Below, piece after piece: positions 1 through 9,060 of a stretch of DNA of 34,065 nucleotides (positions are counted from its first letter, which is position 1; every line of letters begins with the position of its first letter). A program made the translations under genes and the position numbers. The notes below the pieces were generated by a model. It searched no databases and had not been told where the DNA came from. It saw nothing but the letters and a program-made list of their open reading frames with translations. The stretch comes from Chiloscyllium plagiosum (taxonomy: Eukaryota), in assembly GCF_004010195.1 (NCBI RefSeq), contig NC_057753.1:10315823-10349887 (forward strand), written 5' to 3'.

Positions 1-523
1 AAGTAGGATGGCATGGGAAAACAGAATGGTCCTTGATATGATTTTAGCGGAAAAAGGGGGTGTGTGTGTGATGTTAGGAGGAAGCTGTTGTATCATTATG
101 CCTAATAACACTGCACCTGATGGTTCAATTACTCGGGCCTGAAGGGGATTGACTACTTTAGCAGAGGAACTGGCTGAGAATTCAGGAGTAGACACATCTC
201 TCACGGGATGGCTTGAATCATGGTTTGGAAAATGGAAGGGGGTGGTGGTCTCCATCCTTACTTCCCTGATAGTAGTAGTCGGGGTATTGGTGGCCATTGG
301 CTGTTGTATCATACCCTGTATACGAGGGCTCACCCAGAGACTGATTGAGACAGCCTTAATGAAACAGATGTCCCTAAAGAGCAATCGGGGAGAAGGGCTC
401 TACCTGTTAAACATGGAGGGAATAAGCGACCTCGGGGAGATTTCCAAAATAAATGAAATTTCGGGAAAGGTGCTGGTCAATTTGGAAGCGACATATAAGA
501 AAAATGCAGAAGATTTCAAATGA
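1..523 (+). pseudogene. env: ERV env, TM subunit 3' end (upstream provirus unit), in-frame stop at 140-142
   Basis: Frame 2 reads RMAWENRMVLDMILAEKGGVC (immunosuppressive domain), CVMLGGSCC (CX6CC), then TGA at 140-142. It continues as ORF 149-523 with hydrophobic TM VVVSILTSLIVVVGVLVAIGCC and a cytoplasmic tail. Confidence 0.93.
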
Positions 524-528
524 TAATT

Positions 529-542
529 AAAGAAAAAGGGGG
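529..542 (+). promoter_or_regulatory. Polypurine tract (plus-strand primer site)
   Basis: AAAGAAAAAGGGGG lies between the env stop and the LTR start TG at 547. Confidence 0.9.
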
Positions 543-546
543 CAGT

Positions 547-1235
547 TGTGGGATATAGGTAAAGCAGTGTTACTTCTGCAACCATTATTACTTATGCAAG
601 GTAAATGAACTCACACCAGTGTATAATTGTTTCAGCCAAGAGCTGAGTCAACAAGAATGAAAACTATGTGAAGGAAATATATAATTGCTTTTGCATACAA
701 ATGTGCATACAAGAATGAAATGTGCCTGCAAACAATGGTAGATGTTACAGACAAATAGATAAGGTGCTGTGAGGGGAGGGGGTGTAGGTTTAGCTAGATA
801 TGCCTGTACAAACAGTTACAAAACAAGACCACCATCAAAAGGTCATAAGGCTCTGTGTAAATAAAGAATAAAAGGAAATATTGCTCTGGCTAGCATGGAA
901 ACAGATGGCAGTGAAGAAGGATAAATATCAATGAGACCACAGAGGGAGGTGGTCACACGGCGTTGTGAGGCCAGAGATAAACATTTTGTCACGGACAAGG
1001 ACGGATGAGTTCAAGATAAACAGCCAGGTTTAAATTAGAAACAGATGTAAACAGGGGAGGAGCAAAGGGAGGAAGGAAGAGAAACAAATTACATAAATAT
1101 TGTGTACTCGTTAAATTCAGTGTCTGTGGACAGTGGACACCACACCCCTCTTGCAAGAGCGTAATAAACGATACTACTGATTCAGATCTTGTCTTGGACT
1201 GAAATTATTGAAGTGAGTGAGCTTCGTTTCTCACA
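547..1235 (+). mobile_element. ERV LTR (LTR-A), shared between two tandem provirus units
   Basis: Termini TGTGGGA...TCTCACA; TATA-like TACATAAATA 1090-1099; palindrome CTCTTGCAAGAG 1148-1159; AATAAA 1163-1168. Near-identical copy at 6484-7227. PPT upstream and PBS downstream. Confidence 0.95.
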
Positions 1236-1237
1236 AT

Positions 1238-1255
1238 TGGGGGCTTGTCCAGGAT
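1238..1255 (+). promoter_or_regulatory. Primer binding site, tRNA-Pro type
   Basis: TGGGGGCTTGTCCAGGAT matches the canonical tRNA-Pro PBS TGGGGGCTCGTCCGGGAT at 16/18 and starts 2 nt after the LTR end. Confidence 0.92.
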
Positions 1256-1463
1256 ATTTATCCATCGCCGGGGGAAGTGGCTGGCCCTGGACACTGGGAA
1301 GACGCGGCCCGTTCCCAATTGAGGAGCGGTCCCGTGTCCCAAATTGGCCCACTCCCTTGGATGACTGGTACGAATCCCACAGGAGAGACATCTGAATCAG
1401 ACAGTGAAAGGAGGTTGATGGGAAATACGGCAAAAAGAGGCCAGGCAACTCTGTGCATAGACT

Positions 1464-1472
1464 AAGGTAAGA
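1464..1472 (+). promoter_or_regulatory. Probable ERV major splice donor; matching env acceptor candidate at 3952/3953
   Basis: AAG|GTAAGA in the leader before gag. Polypyrimidine tract TTGTCCTCCTCTTTGTCTTTCCTCAG|G in the integrase region. Confidence 0.6.
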
Positions 1473-1550
1473 AAATTGACTTTTAAGTACTGCCTTGGTG
1501 GCTGGGATTGAGTTTTAGTAGTTACTAAGGGACTAACAAAGGAAATTAAT

Positions 1551-2010
1551 ACGGGCTGTGCCGTGGGTAAGGAAAAAGCCTCCGTGAAAACAAAAGGAAA
1601 AAGGCAATGGAAATGGAGGCGGGGTCCCTTACAACATACCTCCAGAAAGTCTATTGGGCAGGATGTTGTGGAATTGGAAAAATAATACTTGTACACGGGA
1701 AAAAGATAGGAAAACGATGATTAAATATTGTTGCTTTGTATGGACTAAGGAATCCATTCTTCGTCACGCCGTCTTCTGGCCGAAGTACGGGTTGGATGAA
1801 GACTGGGTTTGTAGATATTTGAATTTATATGTCAATGAAAAACAGCCTTACAGTCAGGAGGGATCAGATTATGCTTCAAGTCGGAAGGGCTAGTAGCTGA
1901 AGGGCTACTGAGGGTACACTTTGTAACTAAATCATGGCCAGACATCCAGAAAAATATTCAAAAGATAGAGAGGTGAAGTGAGGAGCACCTAGAGGTGTTG
2001 TTGCGGGAAG
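1551..2010 (+). pseudogene. gag: ERV gag fragment: MA region fused by deletion to a short CA piece
   Basis: ACG-GGC-TGT (MGCAVGK-like start, mutated), then ORF 1654-1893 (RMLWNWK...MIKYCCFVW...FWPKYG...WVC..LNLYVN), typical of fish epsilon-type gag. Then LLRVHFVTKSWPDIQK. Confidence 0.8.
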
Positions 2011-2939
2011 CTCAGGAAGTGACTGTGAGATACGGTGTGTGTGTGAGAGAGAGAGAAAGAGCTGTACAGCTGGTAGAAAGTTTAACCCTTTGTGATTTGG
2101 TTTGAATGCACATTTGTTTGTTGGTGATTGAGTGTTTGTGCTTTGTTCCCTGGAACTTGAGATCCAGGACCGTTTTGAATCTGATTTCTAGCATTGAAAT
2201 TTAACATGATTTCTTTTAAGGTTAAGGATTTTACAGTGATTATGAAATAAAATGTTAAGTCCTCTTCTTTTTATAGGTCATGACTGCCTTACTATCAATT
2301 TCTAACTAATCTCTTTTATCCTTACGTAAAAGCGATTTATAGAGGACAGTTGAAGTTTGAGTTCTACATTAGATTGTAATAAAACAAAATCCTATGGTAA
2401 ATGTCCGTGCCCTTGGATTCGGCCATTATTCATGCATTAGATGTTTTTTTTAACTTGAATAGACAAATCCTTTTAAGGCAGCTCTGATTATTTCACGACC
2501 TATAGCATTGTAATTGAGCAATGACTGGTTAGGACTACTTAAGAAACTGATTTTGGATTTAAATTAAGGGACTAAAACTGTGTAATTATAGTGGATTTCA
2601 AAGTTGGTAATTTTATGCATTTTACATTTTAAATATTAAATACTGAATAAATGAATTTATAATATATAAATATATATTTACAAGTAAGGTTCCAAAATGT
2701 ATAGTTAGGAACAGGCTTTAAAGTTAGACAAGCATAACTTGATGAATTAGTATTTAAAGTTATGGGGAGCAAGAAATATTGCAATATTTCTTTAAAAAAA
2801 AATTTTTCAAGGTCTAAACAAGACATTGGGTGATGAAGCACGGCCATTTGGTGGCCCTAAAGCTGTTCAGTTGGTTAAATCGAGTCAGCAATTGATCTGG
2901 CAATGTAACGTGAGAAGTAGAAACAAAAGGCAAAAATAA

Positions 2940-3320
2940 TAATAGCCACGGTTGATGAGATAATAAAGAAAAGGACAAAACTAAACGAGAAAGAAACCGG
3001 AATGGTTGGGGAGGAGATGTTAAGGGGTCTGGTAGACAGGAACAAGGATCAAAGTGGAAATCCCCACAGGCGGGATGTTATTACTGTGGAAAGACAGGTC
3101 ACTTTAAGAGAGAGCGTCCAGATCCGAAAAAGGAAGTAAAGGCAGTGCCGTTTATGAACCTTGATGAAAAATAGGGGTGTCAGGAGTTCCTGCCCCTGGG
3201 GACCCACCAGGAACCCTTGATAAATTTAAAGGTCGGACTTTATAAAGAGGACATCGTTTTCCTAGTCGATACGGGGGCAGTAAGGTCATCCTTAAAATTT
3301 AAGCCCAAGGGAGCGGGAAC
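2940..3320 (+). pseudogene. gag-pro: ERV gag NC + readthrough TAG + protease N-terminus
   Basis: CYYCGKTGHFKRER zinc knuckle from 3076 (last Cys changed to Arg, CGT), TAG 3172-3174, then in-frame protease motif FLVDTGA (3259-3279). Confidence 0.92.
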
Positions 3321-3779
3321 AAAAGAATTAATTGGATTATGGCGACAGTTTTGTGATGAGAGGCAAGAAGAATCAGTTTTGCGCTTATGACGAGATCTTG
3401 ACACCAAATTGGGAACTGAATTAACTGCAAATAGTGCTATAGAATCTGTTGAGGTTCTTAAAAATGAATGTGCTCGAGCAAAACAATGACAGAAACAGAA
3501 TGAGAAGTCACAAGTGACTGGTAAACAAACAGAACTGCGCGATTACAGTTTTAAAAATGTTTTAGTCACTTGTTGCGTTTCCACCCTGAATTACAGATAA
3601 TGATTTTTATATAATATATAATTAATAATTAATATTTATAATAAATCGATTGTGTCAGCCTGAATCAATATTAATTGGCAGGATCCCTTCACACATTCTC
3701 AGTGACCTGTCATATTGATTCATGGTTAATTTAAAACATGAACTGCATTAATTCATCGTTAATTAAAGAATGGAAAGCT

Positions 3780-4238
3780 ACACTACTGGCTGATGAGGTA
3801 ACTAAAGAAGCAGCCCTGAATCCACAGGAAGCGGTGGTTTATTCCTCAATACCTATTGTCCCAGGTCCTTGGGAAGCTCCAATCCCAGAAACTAAAGATT
3901 TGTTCTTAAAGAAGTATATACTGGGCTTGTCCTCCTCTTTGTCTTTCCTCAGGAAACAGGGTTTATTGGCACAGACTCTGCCCCTCGAATTCGTTGTTCA
4001 TCCGATTCGACCAGGAGATTGGGTCTTAGTAAAATCATGGACAGAGACTAAAATGCAACTGGACTGGGAAGGGCCGTATCAGGCTCTTTTGACTACCGAA
4101 ACAGTGATAAGAATGGCAGAAAAAGGCTGGACTCACTACACTCGGATCAAAGGGCTAGTGGAATCTCCAGTTGAGGAAGAAGTCTGGACAGCCGAATCAA
4201 CGCAAGAACCACTGAAACTCAGGCTAAAGAGACTTTGA
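3780..4238 (+). pseudogene. pol: ERV pol remnant: RNase H tail (LADEVTKEAA) joined to integrase C-terminal domain
   Basis: ORF 3738-4238 contains PGDWVLVK...WEGPYQALLTT...GWTHYTRIK (GPY/F motif) and ends PLKLRLKRL. RT and the integrase core are absent. Confidence 0.9.
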
Positions 4239-4328
4239 GTAACTGATTATACAGTGGCGACTCGAGCGCGGGATTATTTCTGTAGGATTGTATATTAAGT
4301 CTTTTGGTGCTTCAGCTCGATGTTTAGA

Positions 4329-5480
4329 ATGCTGGGGATGCTTAGGGTTATGATATAAGCTCTCTTAGTATTGGGATTTTGTCAAATATTATTTTCATAT
4401 GTGTTATTGACAGTTCCTGAGTCTGATAATCCGCAGGTAATTGACGCTGATGCATGCAGCTTGGTGAATTGTGGGGATGTAGATAATCAAAGACAGTATC
4501 ACAGCTCAGAGATACATCTTAAATCCTACTGGGATGGCCTTGAGGATGGTACCTGGTATAATGGTCCCGTCACAGTACACCGGGCACCCTTCCGATCAGC
4601 TCTCGATTGTCCCGATAAAGAGCATAACCCAAAATACCTAACGATAAAGAAAACCAGCTGGCACGAACCAACTCTGGTGGGGGGGGGTGGAGCACCTATG
4701 AGATACAATTAGATGAAACATTTGGGATTGAAATGAAAGCAAACGGGAAGGATTTCTCGGGCTGTTGTTTTCGAATTAGCGTAGAACAGGGAAAAGGGAC
4801 AGAACTGTTGGATAATAAGATACAACCTTTTGCCCTTCCCAACAACCCAAAGGTGGTAAAAATTATAGAGATAAAGGACTTGAAACAGACCATCGAGATA
4901 GAGACTGGGTACGGGGATGCAAATGCCTGGGTTGAATGGGTAAAGTATACTGTAAAAAGTCTGAACAAAAGCAATTGCTATGGATGTGCCTCCGGTAGGC
5001 CAGTGGCCCAGGTGGTTCCCTTTCCGCTCAGGTGGAAGCGAGACAGGAAGGGCATGAAATGTATGATAGCCCTGTATCAGGATGAGACTGCATGGAATGA
5101 TAGGAATTGTACCTCCCTATCTCTGATGTTCCCTCCCTTGGAGAAGAAAGATGCAAAAGTTCCCCCACAGTTGGAAATCACACGTCGTGTGTGCACAGGC
5201 GAGGTACGAGTCGGTCGAGACATTTGGGGGAGCTGAAATTATGTACAGAGATGAAGAATATTACCGAAACGGAGAAGGGAGGGAACTACTCAGCACTAAA
5301 GGTTCCCCAAGCGGATCTGTGGTGGTACTGTGGAGGAAAAATATTGAGACCCACACTACCTCCGGATTGGAAAGGGATATGCGCAATTGTACAATTGGCA
5401 ATTCCATTTACCCTGGCATTTGAGAAGGAAAAGATAGTAGGGAAAAAGGGAAGGGGTAAGAGATTACTGTCAGATACTTC
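4329..5480 (+). pseudogene. env: ERV env SU subunit (second unit), frameshifted, truncated just after the furin site
   Basis: Hydrophobic signal-like start at 4329 with an internal stop. ORFs 4371-4712, 4733-5236 and 5107-5493 contain IETGYGDANAWVEW, CXXC motif CYGC 4976-4987, LWWYCG..LPPDWKGICA and furin site RGKR 5452-5463. Confidence 0.9.
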
Positions 5481-5699
5481 TTATTTTGCATGAAATTTTA
5501 GCGAGCATTCCCCCTTCCATTCCTTATCAATTTTTCCATTACCTTTACTTATGATCCTTTTCTTTTTATATATTATTGTAGACTAAGTCTAGTTACCATG
5601 TCTACCAAAGTATAAGATGAAAATACTTTTTTTCCTGATCCCATACTTAACTATCCCATAAAGCTTGTTAAGAGGAAGGGTGGCATTAAGGAAACTGGT

Positions 5700-5806
5700 G
5701 AAATCTATATTGATCCCATGTGTTGGAGGGTCCCATAATGGAAGATGAAGTGTTCTTCCTCCAGGTGTCAGGTGGCTAGAGTTTGGCGATGGAGGCAGCC
5801 CAGGAG
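5700..5806 (-). mobile_element. Penelope-like element, GIY-YIG C-terminal fragment
   Basis: Minus strand reads LEEEHFIFHYGTLQHMG, homologous to KLKERHLIFGLGGL in the Penelope piece at ~27 kb. Confidence 0.7.
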
Positions 5807-5819
5807 GTAAATGGTGCCT

Positions 5820-6010
5820 GTCTGCCCCCCTCCCTCCGTCAGAAACCGCCCGCTGAGTCGATGAGAAAACCGCAGCCTCGCACCGCCATCTTTGTTTTTC
5901 TTCTTCTTTCCGTCTCCGCCTTCAGTGACGCGCGTCATCCGCGTCCCCTCCAATCAGAGCGCACCTTACTCCGTCTGACCAATGGCAGCCGGCTTAGCAG
6001 TCGATAGGGG
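5820..6010 (-). promoter_or_regulatory. CpG-rich Pol II promoter-like element, probably leftward
   Basis: CCAAT at 5950-5954 and 5979-5983, palindrome TGACGCGCGTCA 5926-5937, YY1-type AAGATGGCGG on - at 5883-5892. CpG is dense in an otherwise CpG-poor background. Confidence 0.6.
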
Positions 6011-6118
6011 ACCCACAACACGGGATCTCACTCTCCGATTGATCCACACCGACCACAGACTTTGGGATTAGTGAAGAGGTTGGCAAGAGCATCATTGTCT
6101 CCGCCCCTTTCTATTCCC

Positions 6119-6340
6119 ATTCATTCATGCAACAGGAGCGAACCTAATTTACTGTAATGGGCCCTCTCGGGACACAGTGGTAGTGTCCCATGTTCAGGAG
6201 GAAGGTGCTTCCATTCATTCAACAGAAGAGGACCTATTTACTACAGAGGTATTTTTGAGGCGCAGTGGTAGTGTCCCTACATCTGAGCCCTGAGGCCCAG
6301 GTTTAAATTCCCACTGCTCCAGCGATGTGTAAAACATCCT
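6119..6340 (+). repeat. tRNA-derived SINE head with a partial tandem duplication of its 5' flank
   Basis: A-box-like GGCGCAGTGGTAG and B-box-like GGTTTAAATTCC. The segment TCATTCA..AACAG..ACCTA.TTTACT..CAGTGGTAGTGTCCC occurs at ~6119-6189 and ~6212-6277. Confidence 0.55.
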
Positions 6341-6359
6341 CAATCAACTCTTTTAATCA

Positions 6360-6445
6360 TAAGTCATAGGACACCAAATTATATTCCAACAGGTTTATTT
6401 GAAATCACAAGCTCTTGGAGCGTAGCCCCTTCATCAGGTGAAGTC
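6360..6445 (-). mobile_element. Penelope-derived terminal-repeat fragment with degenerate hammerhead core
   Basis: Same family as 23543-23945, 25455-25870 and 27786-28040. Minus strand reads CAC-CTGATGA-A-GGGGC-TAC-GCTCC-AAGA. Confidence 0.65.
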
Positions 6446-6483
6446 ATGAAAGAAAGTGCAGGAAACAGAATTCAGGTTAATGA

Positions 6484-7227
6484 TGTGGGATATAGGTAAA
6501 GCAGTGTTATTTCTGCAATCATAATTGTTTATGCAAGGTAAATGAACTCACACCAGTGTATAATTGTTTCAGCCAAGAGCTGAGCTAACAAGAATGAAAA
6601 CTATGTGAAGGAAATATATAATTGCTTTTGCATTAGCTAAAATGTGCATTAAAGAATGAAATGTGCCTGCAAACAATGGTAGATGTTACAGACAAATAGA
6701 TAAGGTGCTGTGAGGGGAGGAGGTGTAGGTTTAGCTAGATATGCCTGTACAAAAAGTTACAAGCATCTGTTTCCTGCTTTAGCAAAAACAAAACAAGACC
6801 ACCATCAAAAGGTCATAAGGCTCTGTGTAAATAAAGAATAAAAGGAAATATTACTCTGGCTAGTATGGAAACAGATGGCAGTGAAGAAGGATAACTAACA
6901 ATGAGACCACAGAGGGAGGTGGTCACACGGCGTTGTGAGGCCAGAGATAAACATTTTGTCACGGACAAGGCCGGATGAGTTCAGAGATAAACAGCCGGGT
7001 TTAGATTAGAAACAGATGTAAACAGGGGAGGAGCAAAGGGAGGAGGGAAGAGAAACAAATTACATAAATATTGTGTACTCGTTAAATTCAATGTGTGTGT
7101 GTGTGTGTGCGCGCTTTGTGGACAGTGGACACCACACCCCTCTTGCAAGAGCGTAATAAACGATACTACTGATTCAGATCTTGTCTTGGACTGAAATTAT
7201 TGAAGTGAGGGAGCTTCATTTCTCACA
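6484..7227 (+). mobile_element. Solo LTR (LTR-B) of the same ERV family
   Basis: Aligns end to end with 547-1235, apart from a ~29-bp insert near 6762-6790 and a (TG)n expansion near 7092-7110. Flanked by ATGA at 6480-6483 and 7228-7231. No PPT or PBS adjacent. Confidence 0.95.
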
Positions 7228-7682
7228 ATGATGAACTATGGATGGTAATGAAAGACAGAGCATCTCAACGGTCAATTGCACACTTCCACTCCTATTTCTG
7301 ATCTTCTCAATATATGGCAAGTTGTGTGTTTTCCAAACAATAATCTTATTTCCATGGTTTAAAAATGAATATTAAAGGATGGTCTGTTTGTTCTTTCTCG
7401 CTTAGGCACATTATAGCCCACAATAATTTACTGTATATAGCACTGTAAATATCATAAATCCTCTCATGAGATATCACAGGAGCAGTTCATAAGTGAAATT
7501 TGACACTGGGTCACTCAAGTAGAGATTAGAACAGAGAAAGCATCCTGCAGATATTGGGAATCTAACTAAAAGTCATCAATCTGAAGTGTTAACAGGTTTT
7601 CACTTTCCAATGATGCTGCTTGACCTGCAGAGTATTCTTAGCATTTTACTTTTTATTCCAGGATGACATGGGAACTTTTTAT

Positions 7683-8630
7683 ATTCATTCATGGGCCGAT
7701 ATATTTTGACCTTCCGAGTTGTCCTTGAGAAGGTAGTGGTGAGTTGTCTTCTTGAACCTCTGCAGTCCATGTGCTGTAAGTTGGCCCAGAATGGGGTGGC
7801 AGAATGGCTCAGTGGTTAGCACTGCTGCCTCACAGTGCTAGGGGCACCAATTCCATTCCTGCCTCAGGCCACTGTCTGTGTAGAGTTTGCACATTCTCCC
7901 CATGTCTGCATGGGTTTCCTCTGGGTGCCCTGGTTTCCTCCCACAATCCAAAAAATGTGCAGGCCAGGTGAATTGGCCATAGTGTTAGGTGCAGTAATCA
8001 GAGGTAAATATAGGGTCAGGGAATGGGTCTGGGTGGGTTACTCTTTGGAGGGTCGGTGTGGACTTGTAGGGCCAAATGGCCTATTTCCATACTGTAGGGA
8101 ATCTGATCAATGCCATTAGGAAGGGAATTCCAGGATTTTGACCCAGCGCCAGTGAAGGAACTGCGATAAATTTCCAAATCAAGATGATGAGTGACTTGGA
8201 GAGAAACTTGCAGGTGATGGTATTCCCATGTATCTGTTGCCCTTGTCCTTCTAGCTGGAAGTGCTTGTGGGCTGGAAAGTACTATCTAACAATGCTTAGT
8301 GAATTTCTGCAGTGCATCTTATATATAGGACACACTGTTGTTACTGAGCAACAGTTGTGGAGGGAGTGGATGTCTGTGAACGTGGTGCCAGTCGAGCCGG
8401 CTGTTTTGACCTGGATGGTGTCAAGTTTCTCTTCAGTGTTGTTGGAGATGCTCCTAACCAAGCAAGTGGGGATTATTCCATCACATTCCTGGCGTGTACC
8501 TTGTAGTTGGAGGACAGGCTTTGGGGTTTGAGGTGGTGAGCTACATGATTCATAGACACTGGTCTGCTCTTTTGCCGCAGTGTATCAGTTCAGTTTCTAG
8601 TCAATGGTAAACCCCAAGATGTTCAAAAGT
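7683..8630 (-). mobile_element. CR1/L2-superfamily LINE 3' region, split by a SINE at 7794-8108
   Basis: Characteristic 3' end (CCTTGAGAAGGTAGTGGTGAGTTGTCTTCTTGAACC on +) continues collinearly after the SINE into degenerate RT-end sequence. Confidence 0.65.
7794..8108 (+). mobile_element. HE1-like tRNA-derived SINE
   Basis: Head TGGCTCAGTGGTTAGCACTGCTGCCTCACAG, core GAGTTTGCACATTCTCCCC, tail CCATACTGTAGGGAATCT. At least seven copies in the window. Confidence 0.85.
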
Positions 8631-8924
8631 GTGTGACCAAAAACTTGGTCAAAATGCAGGATTATTGTAACACAACAGGCAAGTAAATTTGGAGAACCTA
8701 CGGTGGGATAATGGTGGTGATGTTGGTGGTGGTAGTGATGGGGTGGGGCTTGAATCCATAGATTGAGGAGAGTAGGAATTCAGAAATGAGTTGTGAGGCA
8801 GATTGAGCTCACAGAGTTTGGGAGGATGACCATATTTAAACCAAGTATGAACTTTGTAATGGAGGCTTGCCAGATCAGGAGCCAAAGTAGATCAGCAGGC
8901 ATGGGGGTGAGGAGTGGAGGGTAC

Positions 8925-9060
8925 TTAGAGTCTTAGAACTATATAGCTGATCCAACTGATCCATGTCAACCAGCTATTCTAAAATAATCTAGTCCCATTT
9001 GCCAGCATTTGGCCCATGTCCCTCCAAATCCTTCCTATTCATGTTGTAACAGCTTCCACT
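8925..9060 (-). mobile_element. CR1 LINE 3' tail fragment
   Basis: AATCTAGTCCCATTTGCCAGCATTTGGCCCATGTCCCTCC is shared with 23358-23470, 24187-24980 and 30842-31618. Confidence 0.75.

Noticed and set aside
149..523. Domesticated (syncytin-like) intact env
   Set aside because: In-frame TGA at 140-142 separates the ectodomain from the TM, and the second env has stops and frameshifts. A secreted truncated form of the first env cannot be assessed because its 5' part is outside the window.
5768..6007. Short ORFs 5783-6007 (+) and 5768-5953 (-) as genes
   Set aside because: They straddle a Penelope fragment and a GC-rich promoter-like segment, and no product is recognisable.
547..7227. Complete provirus bounded by LTR-A and LTR-B
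   Set aside because: LTR-B has its own ATGA TSD on both sides and no PPT. The 1 kb before it is non-viral, and env TM is missing.
7794..7870. tRNA gene candidates at A/B-box motifs
   Set aside because: These are SINE heads continuing into SINE body and tail; no cloverleaf.
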